Assembly: GCA_965205865.1 (NCBI GenBank)
Contig: CBDBHR010000030.1
Coordinates: forward strand, 1,311,653-1,375,652
Source: a bacterium
GTDB taxonomy: Bacteria > SAR324 > NAC60-12
Length of the DNA: 64,000 bases
Direction of reading: 5' to 3'
A program made the position numbers and the translations under genes. Position 1 is the first letter of the stretch. Each line of letters opens with the position of its first letter. Below, one piece after another: positions 39,602-50,419 of the stretch. A model generated the notes under the pieces. The model searched no databases and was not told the DNA's origin. It was given only the letters and a program-made list of their open reading frames with translations.

Positions 39602-40426
39602 TTAGGCATAAAAGGCACTGGAGAAAACAGGCCGGTATTTTTTGGAGATTTCATGCCCCTCTCCCAAATATTTAAAAATCGCAATACAGGTTTTTCGAGC
39701 CCCTTCATCTTGATAGCTACGCTCTCGGCGGAGCACTTCGATGAATTGTGTTAACGCCTCAGCGAATTTCCTTTTATGCAGTTGCCGAATCCCTTCCAGA
39801 AAAATGGCGCGTACCGGACTATCCGGTAAATGAGTCTGATATTCTGCTTGAAACAATTTTGCGAACAATTGAATAGACCCGGATTGCGAGGCGAATTTCG
39901 AGTCCGGTCCGATGTCCCGGACGAGTTCTATGGCGTTCTGCCGTTCGACGGGATTGTCCGAATAAATATCGATTTGCGCCAATAAAACCCGAGCTTCTTC
40001 GGTTTCGGACTCGTTCGCGATGATAGTCCGGAGCAGACGTCGGGCTTCCTGGGTCCTTTCAGCGGAGAGCAGCATTTTTGCCTGCTCGATTTGACCGGGT
40101 TGCAGAGCGGGGATTGCTCGCCGCAGCCATTGCGCGATTGCTTCTTCCGGAAGGGCGCCTGAAAACTCATCAGCCACCTGTCCGTCAATGAACAGTTTGA
40201 CGTTGGGAATGCTGCGGATTCCCAAGTACCCGGCAATCTCCGGATGCTGTTCGGTATCTATTTTGACCAGCCGCCATTTATCCTTGTGCGCTTCTGCCAG
40301 TTTTTCCAAAACAGGACCAATCATCCGGCAAGGCGCGCACCATTCAGCCCAAAAATCGACAAGCACCGGTATTGTCAGACTTTGTTCCAGAACATCGGTT
40401 TGGAAATCGTTCATTTCATAACCCAT
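39602..40426 (-). CDS. Thioredoxin-TPR chaperedoxin (CnoX/YbbN-like)
   Basis: VDFWAEWCAPC thioredoxin domain followed by a helical C-terminus ending YR..FSSAFY. Confidence 0.85.
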   Translation of the reverse strand: MGYEMNDFQTDVLEQSLTIPVLVDFWAEWCAPCRMIGPVLEKLAEAHKDKWRLVKIDTEQHPEIAGYLGIRSIPNVKLFIDGQVADEFSGALPEEAIAQWLRRAIPALQPGQIEQAKMLLSAERTQEARRLLRTIIANESETEEARVLLAQIDIYSDNPVERQNAIELVRDIGPDSKFASQSGSIQLFAKLFQAEYQTHLPDSPVRAIFLEGIRQLHKRKFAEALTQFIEVLRRERSYQDEGARKTCIAIFKYLGEGHEISKKYRPVFSSAFYA

Positions 40427-40442
40427 CGAATGTTCTCCTGCC

Positions 40443-41243
40443 TTAGCGTCCTTGAAACTGGGGTTGCCTTTTTTCCATGAATGCCGTCACCCCTTCCTGA
40501 TGGTCTTCGGTTTGACCACAACGCAAATGAGTGAAAGATTCCCTATCGAGGATGGTGCGAAAATCCGAATGCGCGGACAAATTGATGTTTTCTTTCATGT
40601 AACGATAACTCACCTGAGGACCGTGAGCGATTTGGGTCGCAATTTCCTGAACCTTTTCCCTGAACTCGTCTTGCGGAAAAACACGATTCGCCAGCCCGAT
40701 TCGCAATGCTTCCTCGGCAGCAACGATGTCTCCGAGGAAAAAAAGCTCCTTGGCCTTTGCTTCTCCGACCAACCGCGTCAATTGCCAGGTGGTTCCGTAA
40801 TCTCCGCCGAAGCCAACCTTGGCAAAGGCAGTTCCGAATTTCGCCTGATCAGAGGCCAGCCTCAAGTCGCAACACAATGCAATTCCCAAACCCGCCCCCA
40901 CGGCAAATCCATTGACGGCGGCAATGGTCACTTTGGGAATATTGTGCAACAGCCAGGGAAATTGATGCCCGATATTTTGCCGGTCAATTGCTTGTTCCAG
41001 TGTTAAAGGAGTTTCACCTCCGCCCGCCATCCGGGAAACGTCGCCTCCCGCGCAAAACGCGCGACCTTCACCCGTCAAAACAATCGCCCCGATTTCAGGA
41101 TCCACTGCGAATTTCTGCAAATGTTCGATTGCGGACTTGGTGAGATCACCACTCAAAGCGTTTAGTTTGTTGGGACGGTTGAAGGTCAAAGTGGCGACCT
41201 TGTTTTCAATTTCAATTCTCAAATCGTCAGTGGTAAAGGCCAT
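40443..41243 (-). CDS. Enoyl-CoA hydratase/isomerase family
   Basis: NRP.KLNA, FCAGGD, AAVNG.AVGAG and AFMEKR motifs. Confidence 0.93.
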   Translation of the reverse strand: MAFTTDDLRIEIENKVATLTFNRPNKLNALSGDLTKSAIEHLQKFAVDPEIGAIVLTGEGRAFCAGGDVSRMAGGGETPLTLEQAIDRQNIGHQFPWLLHNIPKVTIAAVNGFAVGAGLGIALCCDLRLASDQAKFGTAFAKVGFGGDYGTTWQLTRLVGEAKAKELFFLGDIVAAEEALRIGLANRVFPQDEFREKVQEIATQIAHGPQVSYRYMKENINLSAHSDFRTILDRESFTHLRCGQTEDHQEGVTAFMEKRQPQFQGR

Positions 41244-41782
41244 CTACTCCTCCTTATTTTATTAACGGATGATACCGTGAAGAAAACTATCTAACCTACT
41301 GAAACTATATGGTTTATTATTTTTCTTCATCCTCCGGGGTGAAAATAATTTACACGAAGGTTACGCGCACGATTTTTGCAGTTATGCGTCTCATCGAGTT
41401 GTCATTCCTGGCGAAGACCAGGAATCCACTTTGCTGGCGATCCAGGGTGACTAAAACGTTTCATATAAATCTATCCATTGAGGATTATTTTTCTCAATGA
41501 GTTCGATTTTCCAAGCTCGTTTCCATTTCTTAAGATGTTTTTCTCTCCGGAGCGCAACTGTTACCTCTGAAGTAGCCCACCTGAGTAATAGTTGCAATGC
41601 CAAATCTCAAACGGTATCAATTCTATCTGAAAAATGCGGTTTGACGGCTGGATTCCGCTTTGCTAAGATTATGGAAAATGCAGAACATTCTTAGAATTTT
41701 CCCGTACCCTGGCAGATCTTAATGAGTCCATCCGGTTTTCCGATGAAGGTGAAACTGACAACGACAATGAATATTCGGAGGA

Positions 41783-42490
41783 ATGAAAATGACTAAACCA
41801 GTCTGTGTGATTGTAGGCGTGGGGCCTGGAAATGGAGCTTCTTTCGCCAGAAAATTTCGTCAGCAAGGATATCAGGTGGTGATTCTGGCGCGCAATGAAG
41901 CCTATCTGGCGGAATTGTCCCGGCAACTCGATGGAGCGCCTTTCTATTCATGTGACGTGACCAACGTCTCTCAATTGGAAGCCGTCTTTCAGAAAATTCT
42001 CCGGCAATTCGGGGAAGTGGACACGCTGATCTACAATGCAGGCGCGGGTCAGTTTAAAAACGTCGAAGACACCACCGTAGAGGAGTTCGAAAGGAGTTGG
42101 CAAATCAACGCGCTAGGCTGCTTTGTTGCCTGCAAGCAACTGCTACCTGCCATGATAGATGCGGGTCGGGGCAATTTTGTGGTCATAGGCGCCACGGCTT
42201 CCCTGCGAGGAAGCGCCAAAGCCGCCCCTTTTGCTTCCGCCAAAGCCGCTCAGCGCAGCCTCGCCCAATCCATGGCTCGTCATCTGGGACCCAAGGGCAT
42301 CCATGTGTCCTATGTGATCGTGGATGGAGTGATAGACTTGCCACGTACGCGGAAGCATCTGGCAGATATGCCGGATGAGTTCTTTTTGAAGCCGGATGAT
42401 ATCGCCCAAAGCGTTTTCACTCTTGTCCGGCAACCGCGCTCGGCTTGGACTTTTGAGCTGGATTTACGTCCCTTTGGCGAGAAGTGGTAA
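41783..42490 (+). CDS. SDR oxidoreductase
   Basis: GVGPGNG, YNAG, GATASLRG, FASAK and AWTFELDLRP motifs. Confidence 0.9.
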   Translation: MKMTKPVCVIVGVGPGNGASFARKFRQQGYQVVILARNEAYLAELSRQLDGAPFYSCDVTNVSQLEAVFQKILRQFGEVDTLIYNAGAGQFKNVEDTTVEEFERSWQINALGCFVACKQLLPAMIDAGRGNFVVIGATASLRGSAKAAPFASAKAAQRSLAQSMARHLGPKGIHVSYVIVDGVIDLPRTRKHLADMPDEFFLKPDDIAQSVFTLVRQPRSAWTFELDLRPFGEKW

Positions 42491-42507
42491 CAGCGCTCCT
42501 CCAGTTA

Positions 42508-43269
42508 TCAGGATTGAAGGGAGGACGAGCGAGTCGTGGAATCTTGGATGATTTTCAAATAACCGGCAATGGTTGATTCCAAACCCTGATCAAATGACTC
42601 CACCACCAGGGCATGACCGATCGAGACTTCCAGGATTTGGGGAATCTGCAAAAAGAAAGCGAGGTTCTGCAGACTCAAGTCATGCCCGGCATTCACCCCT
42701 ATCCCGAGTTCTCGAGCTTTCAAGGCTGCTTGTTGATATTCGCCAAGTACGATATCTGCCTTTCCAGCTTCATAGGCCTGAGCGTAAGCTTCGGTATACA
42801 GTTCGATGCGATCGCTTCCGGTTTGGGAGGCCAATGCAATTTGTTCCGCAATCGGGTCCATGAACAAGCTTACCCGGATTCCTTCTTCCTGAATTTTCCG
42901 GATAATAGGAATCAGCCGCTCGCCTTCTTTTTTCAAGTCCCATCCGTGATCGGATGTGAGCTGATCCGGGTCATCGGGGACCAGAGTGCATTGCTGTGGT
43001 TTGGCAAATTGAACGCATTCGAGAAATTCGGGGAGCGGATTGCCTTCGATATTCAATTCCCGACCCGGGTAATGCCCGATCAATGCACTCAGATCCACGA
43101 CGTCCGAATATTTCGCATGCCGCTGGTCAGGACGTGGATGTATCGTGATGCCATGGGCCCCGGCTCGCAAACAACGGGCGCCCATCCGAACGACATTGGG
43201 ATAGTCCCGTCCCCGGGAGTTGCGCAGCAAGGCGAATTTGTTCAGGTTGACACTCAATTGAGTCGTCAT
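42508..43269 (-). CDS. pdxJ: Pyridoxine 5'-phosphate synthase
   Basis: LSVNLNK.ALLRNSR, GITIHPRPDQRH, NIEG, NAGHDL and EVSIGHAL motifs. Confidence 0.96.
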   Translation of the reverse strand: MTTQLSVNLNKFALLRNSRGRDYPNVVRMGARCLRAGAHGITIHPRPDQRHAKYSDVVDLSALIGHYPGRELNIEGNPLPEFLECVQFAKPQQCTLVPDDPDQLTSDHGWDLKKEGERLIPIIRKIQEEGIRVSLFMDPIAEQIALASQTGSDRIELYTEAYAQAYEAGKADIVLGEYQQAALKARELGIGVNAGHDLSLQNLAFFLQIPQILEVSIGHALVVESFDQGLESTIAGYLKIIQDSTTRSSSLQS

Positions 43270-43477
43270 TTACTTCAGTCTCATGGAAGGTCTATTTCAT
43301 TTTCGGAGAGCCTCACATCCTTTGCCCGGACTGCTATCTGCACGGGCTTTGTTGCAACTTGGAAGTCTCCAAAAGAGCACTGTTATTTCTGTCGATTATT
43401 TCAAAAGAATTATAGCTGATTGGAGGAACACAGTTGAAGGTCGTGTCACCACCTATGAATCCCGCCAATTGAACTCT

Positions 43478-44095
43478 TTATTTCTCAGTCGGAAACCAAC
43501 TGCTCAGAATTTTTTTGAACTCCAGGAATGCTGTGTCTTTGCATTGGTTCAAGGAAACTTTTTTTGCAATCTGCTCGTACAAGGAAGCACTGAGAGGTTT
43601 CCGAGCTTCCCGTAAGGCTGCTTCAAAAGCTTCTTTGGGTCGGTCGGGTTTGACCTTTCCCTGTAGTAACAATTTTTGACCGATCAACCAGGAGCGAAGT
43701 CCGGGATTGCGGTTTTTCCATCCTGCTATAACATCGACGTGTGGAGAGGTACCCCAAATCCATGTTTCCAATTCCGGCACCAGTACAATGGCTTTGGCCC
43801 GGTCTCCCCATGTCGAACGGGCAAACTCCCTATTGAGTTTTTCTTGCAACTCCTGAGGTAGAATGTTCTCCTTGCCACTTCCTTGATGATCGAAAATCAG
43901 CAATCCGTGGCTATACTCTTTCGCCAATCCGGAAAGGAATTCCGTGCCACGTAGCGCGCATGCAGGATCGTGTTCCGGATGAACGTAGATCTGCGCTTCG
44001 ACTGGACGGATGTTAAATGCTTCCGGCCTTGCAAGCAATCCCTTCAGCGCGAATTCCTGGTCTTTGTCGGCGGCCAGAATGACGAGATCTTTCAT
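43478..44095 (-). CDS. TOPRIM-like/DUF4276-related protein, Mad4-like
   Basis: MKDLVILAADKD, HPEHDPAC, LLIFDHQG, PELETW and PDRPKEA motifs. ATGA coupling to the upstream ATPase. Confidence 0.7.
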   Translation of the reverse strand: MKDLVILAADKDQEFALKGLLARPEAFNIRPVEAQIYVHPEHDPACALRGTEFLSGLAKEYSHGLLIFDHQGSGKENILPQELQEKLNREFARSTWGDRAKAIVLVPELETWIWGTSPHVDVIAGWKNRNPGLRSWLIGQKLLLQGKVKPDRPKEAFEAALREARKPLSASLYEQIAKKVSLNQCKDTAFLEFKKILSSWFPTEK

Positions 44096-45348
44096 CCCAA
44101 AACCCCTGACGCGAGTAGAGTACCAAGATTGGCTTCTCCATGCCAATTCCGCAGTTTGGGATGGTCGGAACCCAGAACGATATCCGTCGACCCTTTGTCG
44201 TCTTTGGCAAAGCACAACACGTCATTCATCCGGGCCGTGCTCAATACCACCGGTGAATGAGTCGCCAGTAGCACCTGAGCCCCATACACTGAAGAAAGAG
44301 AGTCATACGCTGTGGCCACGGCGCGTGGATGGATTCCGTTCTCCGGCTCTTCAATCAGATAGATACCCTCCAGATCGACGAGATAAGCAGGCAAGGTCAA
44401 TGCCGTAAGGCGAAGCGTGCCATCGGACACCAGCCAGGAAGGAACCTTGAGTCCACCCTCATATTCATAGATCAAATAGCGATGTTTATCCTCCGGACGC
44501 TCGATAGTCGTGATATCTACCAGATCGCCAAATGCCGTCTTCAAGTGAGCAATCCAGTCGTTGAATCTCCCGGGATTATCTTGCCGCAGACGGGCGACAA
44601 CCCAGGGCAGATTCGATCCGTCCGGCGAAAACCCTTTGACCCTGATTGGTGGACAGGGGCGTTTGATCTCAAGACTGTTGAGGATGAATCGCTGTACACC
44701 CGTATTCAGATATTCTCGAAACCACATGGCCACGGGAAAAGACTTTTCATCTGCGGGAAGATTGCCGAGGGCCGACTTTTGAGGTCCTAGTTTGAATGAG
44801 GGTGTCCAACCCTTTCCCGACTGCCCGTAAGTTTCGCTGTAAAAATTATCATTCCCTCCTGGTACTTTATTGACTATCACTTTTTTGTCGAGTCGACCCT
44901 TAGTCAACAGCGTGTTTGGCGCGCTGGGAGGCATGGGGAACAACGTACGCTGGAGAGAGTTTATTCCATTTGACTTTTTCAGTAAAAACTTCTCGGCTTT
45001 GAATTCGAACTGACGCTGTGTTTCATCGAAACCAATAGCCACTTCGTAGCGGGCTGTGTTCAGATCCGGTTTCGCAGTTTGTTTACGCAACTTGTCAGGA
45101 ATGTGAGCCTCGATGGCCAATTCCAGCTGATGGCCCTGACGGCGAAAAAGAAGTTCTTCCGGATTTGTGGTTCGATTCGACAATGCCCCGTCCAACCCCT
45201 CGGATATTACATCCTGTAGAAAGCCGACGACATCCAGGAATGTAGTCTTACCAGATGCGTTCGGTCCCACCAGGATATGAAAGGGTCCAAGGGGTCTCGA
45301 CACATACCGCAAACATCGATAATTCAGGGCTTCAATCAGTGTGATCAT
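44092..45348 (-). CDS. ABC-type (AAA_21/AAA_15) ATPase, Mad3-like
   Basis: IEALNYRCL, GPNASGKT, signature VSDGT, IEEPENGIHP and ATHSP motifs. Confidence 0.85.
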   Translation of the reverse strand: MITLIEALNYRCLRYVSRPLGPFHILVGPNASGKTTFLDVVGFLQDVISEGLDGALSNRTTNPEELLFRRQGHQLELAIEAHIPDKLRKQTAKPDLNTARYEVAIGFDETQRQFEFKAEKFLLKKSNGINSLQRTLFPMPPSAPNTLLTKGRLDKKVIVNKVPGGNDNFYSETYGQSGKGWTPSFKLGPQKSALGNLPADEKSFPVAMWFREYLNTGVQRFILNSLEIKRPCPPIRVKGFSPDGSNLPWVVARLRQDNPGRFNDWIAHLKTAFGDLVDITTIERPEDKHRYLIYEYEGGLKVPSWLVSDGTLRLTALTLPAYLVDLEGIYLIEEPENGIHPRAVATAYDSLSSVYGAQVLLATHSPVVLSTARMNDVLCFAKDDKGSTDIVLGSDHPKLRNWHGEANLGTLLASGVLG

Positions 45349-45401
45349 CTATCCTCTCCATTTTACGGGGCCAATACGATTTGCACCGAAACCGGGCCCA
45401 A

Positions 45402-45520
45402 ATGCCGTGGGTTCCGGCTTGCAAACAACGGGCGCCCATCCGAACGAGATTGGGATAGTCCCGTCCCCGGGAGTTGCGCAGCAAGGCGAATTTGTTCAGG
45501 TTCACGCTGAGTTGTGTCAT
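45402..45520 (-). pseudogene. pdxJ: Duplicated 5' stub of pdxJ
   Basis: MTQLSVNLNKFALLRNSRGRDYPNLVRMGARCLQAGTHGI matches 43148-43269. Its ATG overlaps the DUF499 stop (ATGA). Confidence 0.92.
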
Positions 45521-48500
45521 GGTTTGCTCCTGAGCTTCAACTCATTGGACACTTCGGAGAGGAAAGTGTTGATCTTTTCCACCGTCTCCGGGTGCGGAGT
45601 TGTTTCTCCGCCGAACTCGACACGGACGTTGAACTTGAGGTCATTGCCGACAGCAGCCTCGGCAATATCCGGAATCTGATCCGCCAGGTCTTGGATACCG
45701 TTGGCTTCCAGAACCGCCTCGGCAGTGAGTAATCCCCGTGGTTTCGGCGTATTGAGCTTTCCCGCAGCATCGTGAATTTCCTGACTGATCGGTACTTGGA
45801 ACAACGCGTAACGAGCACCCGAGAGATCGCATGGCCAGGTGGCACTGTCGTCGCAGAGTTCGATCCAGCGAGCCCGGATACCGTTTTCTATGGTTGACCG
45901 CACGGTGAACCAAGGCAGGTTGCTGCCTCGTTTGCTCGAAAGCGCAGTGGCAATGGCCATGGCGTTGGTGCTGCCGTCTTTCCAGGCATCGGGGATCGAC
46001 TCGGCCATCAACTCGTCAACGGCGATTGCTTCGGGCGGTGGCCTCAAGGTCGCGGAGGCGCTGAGCACTCCGCTTGGCACGGGCTCGTTGAGGATCGAGG
46101 CCGGCCCGTTGATCAACCACACAAGCCCTTGCGCGATGGATTGCGAAATGGCGGCTTCGACATTCGCTGATTTGCACTTCGGAATGATAAGCGTCTCTTC
46201 GTAACCCTCCCTTGGCAAGCGCACGGTGTGCCCATCGGAAAAATAGTCGTACACGTCCCGGACACTGATTTCTTCCGCTTGCCACAGCCCCGGGAGTTTC
46301 TGGAATGCAAGCAGACCGGGCTCGAATCCGTTCAGTGTCGCAGCAGCGGGAAGCAGCACTTCCAGACCTGGTTCCTTGAGCGTCGATTCATCGATATCAG
46401 AGCGCCAGAACGTCCTCAGCGTGTGATCCGGACGCGTAACCTGCGCCACCCAGATTCCTGATCGCACTCCCTGCACCAAGGTATCCAGAATTTCCTTCCG
46501 TCGCAGCATCTTGGGCAGCTTCGGGAACTGCGCAAAAGCGCCGACCAGGTCCTTGACCCGGTGGGATGGTTCCCCTTCCCGCCACAGGTCGTAGGGTCCG
46601 CCGGGGAGCATCGCTTCCGCGCTGATGGCGGTTTCCTGGATGCGTGCCCGCTTGTCGGCTTTGATGGTGGTGAAAAGGGGTTCGTCGCTCACCGATACCT
46701 TGAAGGCGTGGATATCATTGCTTTCATTGACCGCGACAACTACGGAGTAGGCTTGCCTGACGGCTTGCGGAATGCGTTTTCTTGCCGACTCCGTCTCATT
46801 GATGAGCATCTGTTCGCGGATCGCATCGATGGGCTGGTCCTCGAGTTGATTGCGGACTTCCAGCCAACCGAGATATTCACGCGTTCGCGTTCGCGCCGCA
46901 TCGAGACCATCCCTGGAAGGAACGGCGAGAACGATCGAGTTGCGATAGACCCGGGGCCGGTCGGCCGTGGTCGTCTCGTCGATGAACCGCTTCGCTTCCG
47001 CGCTCGGTTTTCCGGATTCCGAGGTCGCATGCGGGCCAAGGACGGCATAGTGGAACTCGCCGTCGTCCGCAATGTCACGCGGCCTCTGTGGCAGGTTATG
47101 CGCTTTGGCCCCCGCTGCGGATGCAGTGGACGTGAGCGGTTTCAGTTTTTCGATGGCGTTGATGATCTGTGTTTCCACCAGGGCGTGTAGTACCCGGGTG
47201 CTGCACGCATCGTGATGCATCTGGCGCAGGTTGGGGCGATTGCCAAGCCGCCATGATTTCGGCAACTGGCTGGCGCCATTCACGGTTTTTCCCGTGGCGA
47301 CCTCCACCTCGTCCAGGAACCAGGACAGTTCCGCCCAACGGAGCATGGCTTTTTCCAACTCGATCTTATCAGGCTGTGCCGCTCCCAGCAACACTACCAA
47401 CTCCTGTGTCGATGCCTTGTGGCCAATCGGTTGGGAACTGAGAAAAACCGAGATGACCGCCTGTTCCATCTCGCGGTGGCGCAGACCCGTCGCTTCGGAC
47501 TGGATGGCGCGCGCCTTGGCAAGCTCGCCTTCCAGAATCGGACCCCATTCCTGATGCCTGCCATCGCCGCCGTCTACGCTGGCGGAGACGGCCAGTTCAC
47601 GCGCGGCTTCGGCCAGGTCGTTCCGACCCGGCTCGTTCAGCAACACGTTGGCCCCCGCCAATGGGCTCGTATCCCATTGTTCGGCGTCTCGCAGGGCCAT
47701 GGCAAAGGTGCGCAGAATGCCTCGCGTTCGCTGGAATCCCTCGAGTTGGGTCCAGCGCGTGTAAAAGATCTCGGTGAGGTCCGGGTGAAAGGGATAACTG
47801 TTCAAATAACGCTTTTCCGCAGACTTACGCTCTTTTTTGGTCCGTTCGTCAAGGGCGGCGAGGTGGCCCACCACCGAAGTCACCTGTGGACTGAACATGC
47901 CGGGGTCGCGAATCGATTCGGGTTTGAAAAAGCGACGCCGGAGCACCTCCGCCACGTCCTCTTTGCTTACGGGACTGGAGTCTTCTTCCTTTTGCCGGCC
48001 AAAAACATCGGACACGTCCCGCAGGAGTTCCTTTCCGAAATCGTCATGCTTCCCGGGGTCGGAGGCAAGGAGCGAGGCCACCATGGCGCAGCGGTCCACT
48101 TTGACCACGGCTTGCGTGAGGTACTGGAAGAAGCCGGTCAAGCGTCCGCGCCAACTCGGGTCGCTTTCCACGCGGGTGCGGATGTACATCAACACCTCGT
48201 CGAGCAGCACCAGCGTTGCCAGACCCTCTTCCTGCGGTTTCGCCAGCAGATCCACCACGAGTGGTTCCGCCGGTGGCGTGTCTCGCTCCTCGTCCTTCCC
48301 CTCGCCATGGATGAGCGCCAGGCCTTCCGGTCCCGCCAATTGAAAGGCGAGCATGCTCCATGGATGTCTGAGCATCCTGAGCGTCCCATCGGCACCCGGC
48401 GTCATGACGCCCTTTTCCAGGTCGATCTTGTCGAAACACAGGGCCGCGACCCGTGCCTTCGGAGCCTTGAACCCGGTGTGCGCCTCGAATTCTTTCACGG

Positions 48501-48864
48501 CTGGCAGGTTGCTCTGTCCGGCCGGATCCTGTACGAGATGCCAGAGCGCAATGAGCGTGTGGGTTTTGCCACCACCATAGTTGACGGAGAGTTTGCGGTA
48601 GGCCTTGTCGCTCTGACCGGCCAGGCGCAGAACGACGTTCCTGACCAATTCACGCAGATTGTAGGTGGGATAGGTGAGCGCGAAGAACTCGGCGGGATGC
48701 TCGTAGACTGGCCGCCTGCCCTTTTGCATCACCACGTCGTACAGGTCGGCGGCAAATACGGCCAGCGAAAGTTCGCCGGTCTTCAGATCGTCACGCAGTT
48801 GCACGACCTCATGCCAGGGTTTCCAGGAAGCTTTCATTGTCATGTTGTCCTTATTTGAATTCAT
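45517..48864 (-). CDS. DUF499 domain ATPase
   Basis: WKPWHEV..LR.D, FAADL, FFALTYPT, YGGGKTH, LLDE, YPFHP and FQRTRGILR motifs. Confidence 0.9.
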   Translation of the reverse strand: MNSNKDNMTMKASWKPWHEVVQLRDDLKTGELSLAVFAADLYDVVMQKGRRPVYEHPAEFFALTYPTYNLRELVRNVVLRLAGQSDKAYRKLSVNYGGGKTHTLIALWHLVQDPAGQSNLPAVKEFEAHTGFKAPKARVAALCFDKIDLEKGVMTPGADGTLRMLRHPWSMLAFQLAGPEGLALIHGEGKDEERDTPPAEPLVVDLLAKPQEEGLATLVLLDEVLMYIRTRVESDPSWRGRLTGFFQYLTQAVVKVDRCAMVASLLASDPGKHDDFGKELLRDVSDVFGRQKEEDSSPVSKEDVAEVLRRRFFKPESIRDPGMFSPQVTSVVGHLAALDERTKKERKSAEKRYLNSYPFHPDLTEIFYTRWTQLEGFQRTRGILRTFAMALRDAEQWDTSPLAGANVLLNEPGRNDLAEAARELAVSASVDGGDGRHQEWGPILEGELAKARAIQSEATGLRHREMEQAVISVFLSSQPIGHKASTQELVVLLGAAQPDKIELEKAMLRWAELSWFLDEVEVATGKTVNGASQLPKSWRLGNRPNLRQMHHDACSTRVLHALVETQIINAIEKLKPLTSTASAAGAKAHNLPQRPRDIADDGEFHYAVLGPHATSESGKPSAEAKRFIDETTTADRPRVYRNSIVLAVPSRDGLDAARTRTREYLGWLEVRNQLEDQPIDAIREQMLINETESARKRIPQAVRQAYSVVVAVNESNDIHAFKVSVSDEPLFTTIKADKRARIQETAISAEAMLPGGPYDLWREGEPSHRVKDLVGAFAQFPKLPKMLRRKEILDTLVQGVRSGIWVAQVTRPDHTLRTFWRSDIDESTLKEPGLEVLLPAAATLNGFEPGLLAFQKLPGLWQAEEISVRDVYDYFSDGHTVRLPREGYEETLIIPKCKSANVEAAISQSIAQGLVWLINGPASILNEPVPSGVLSASATLRPPPEAIAVDELMAESIPDAWKDGSTNAMAIATALSSKRGSNLPWFTVRSTIENGIRARWIELCDDSATWPCDLSGARYALFQVPISQEIHDAAGKLNTPKPRGLLTAEAVLEANGIQDLADQIPDIAEAAVGNDLKFNVRVEFGGETTPHPETVEKINTFLSEVSNELKLRSKP

Positions 48865-48879
48865 ACGATAAAAAAAATG

Positions 48880-48970
48880 CCATAACGAGTTGGTCTGCGG
48901 AGTATAGGTTCATCATCGATGCTCAGAAGCTCCCGAATCTTCTTTCGAAAGTAAAAACGCATCCCATCAC
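48880..48970 (-). pseudogene. Almost completely deleted DUF4276 gene
   Basis: Start region is joined directly to YFRKKIREL; colinear with the 3' end of 50420-50812. Confidence 0.55.
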
Positions 48971-50244
48971 CTCGCGTCGCAATAGTCGCTGTACCAGAGG
49001 TCGCCCTACTACAACCCTTCCACGACCATGTTGTTTACGATGGCATCGTCGCTTGCCCGGCGGATCGTCGAAAAACCGTCTGCGCCCTTTTCCAGAATCC
49101 AGACTTCTTCCGGCTCTAACGAATCGACGAAGTACGGCTGGTGCGTGGTAATAAAAACCTGCGAGCCTTTGCGGTCGCTGGCGTGTTCGCGAAACTCGTT
49201 CGCCAGGCTCCCCAGGAGCTTGTGATACAGGCCGTTTTCCGGATCTTTGATGCAGAGGAGCGGGGCAGGTTCCGGGTCTTCGAGCAGCAAAAGATAGGCG
49301 AATAACTTGAGCGTCCCGTCGGATACTTGCCGGGCGTAAATGGGATCCTGAAAGCCTTTGTTTTTGAACCCGAGCAGCAACCGGCCGTCCTCGGTAACTT
49401 GCGTGTCGATCCGCTCCAGGTCCGGAATTTTACCGGCAATCCTCTTTAGAACGCTCCGGAAGCGCAGTGGATGTTCACGTTCCATGAATTGCGCGACGTT
49501 GCCGAGGTTGTCGCCATGGATACTGAGATGTTCCTGAGGACCGGCGACCGGCAGGCTGCGGGCCGCGTCCGGGGTGAAGTAGCTGAGATGCCATCCCTTG
49601 ATGAAGCGACAAAAAGCGGATATTCTCGGATGCTGTTTCAAGGCTCCCAGCGTGGCAATGCCGAGCTTGCGGCGGTCTTCCAATTCGATGATCTCAGCCT
49701 CTCCGAGCTCCGCATTTTTTATCGATTTTATCAGTTTCGGGATATTGATTTGCCCCATTTTTTTGTTGATCAGACGTCCTTCCCATTCTCTTTTCCAAGC
49801 CACGCCCCTGCCGTTACCGAGTATCAAAAATGAAAACGGCCGACCGCTATTCTGGCCTTTTCGTTTTTGCCTGAGGCATTCCCGCGATACATAGGGACGT
49901 CCGAACTCGTCTCCCTCGATAGCGATCTCGTAAGTAATCGGCCGGATGTTTCGACGTTCTCTGTAATATACTTCGAACTCGATGGGCCCGGTTTCTCCTT
50001 GCGTTCGCATCTTCTCGAAGCCACCGCGCCCGCGTACAAAACAAGCCTCCTCGACTCCGAAATCGAGGGCGTCGGTAAGGAACTCGAAGGCGTCGAACAA
50101 GGCACTTTTTCCCACTCCGTTTTTGCCGATTACAGCCGTCACGGGAGTGAGCGGCCGGTTTTTCTGTTGGTTCCACAGGCAACCCAGCGTCACGTCTTTG
50201 AGCAGCTTGAAGTTTCTTACTCTCAAACCTTCTATCCTGGCCAT
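48969..50244 (-). pseudogene. ABC-type ATPase, decaying paralog of 50817-52094
   Basis: Walker B reads IKDPENG instead of IEEPENG. Tandem TAG TAG at 49006-49011 truncates the ..LWYS..DAR tail. Confidence 0.75.
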
Positions 50245-50294
50245 TTTTCTACCGTCCTGATTCTGCGTTTTCGTTAAGAAATGGTTTTAAAACT

Positions 50295-50378
50295 CCTGAA
50301 ATCATCATGCAATTATACGACCTCGTGCCAGGGTTTCCAAGAAGATTTCATTGTCATGTTGTCCTCATTTGAGTGCAT
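50295..50378 (-). pseudogene. Duplicated 5' stub of the DUF499 gene (stub B)
   Basis: MHSNEDNMTMKSSWKPWHEVV*LHDD versus MNSNKDNMTMKASWKPWHEVVQLRDD. Confidence 0.9.
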
Positions 50379-50419
50379 ACGGAAAATAATTGAATGCAAA
50401 AACCTATTGATCTCCAAAG

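Noticed and set aside
47419-48858. 479-aa plus-strand ORF (also 12905-13771, 42613-43419, 56538-57272)
   Set aside because: Antisense shadows of well-supported genes, with no recognisable motifs.
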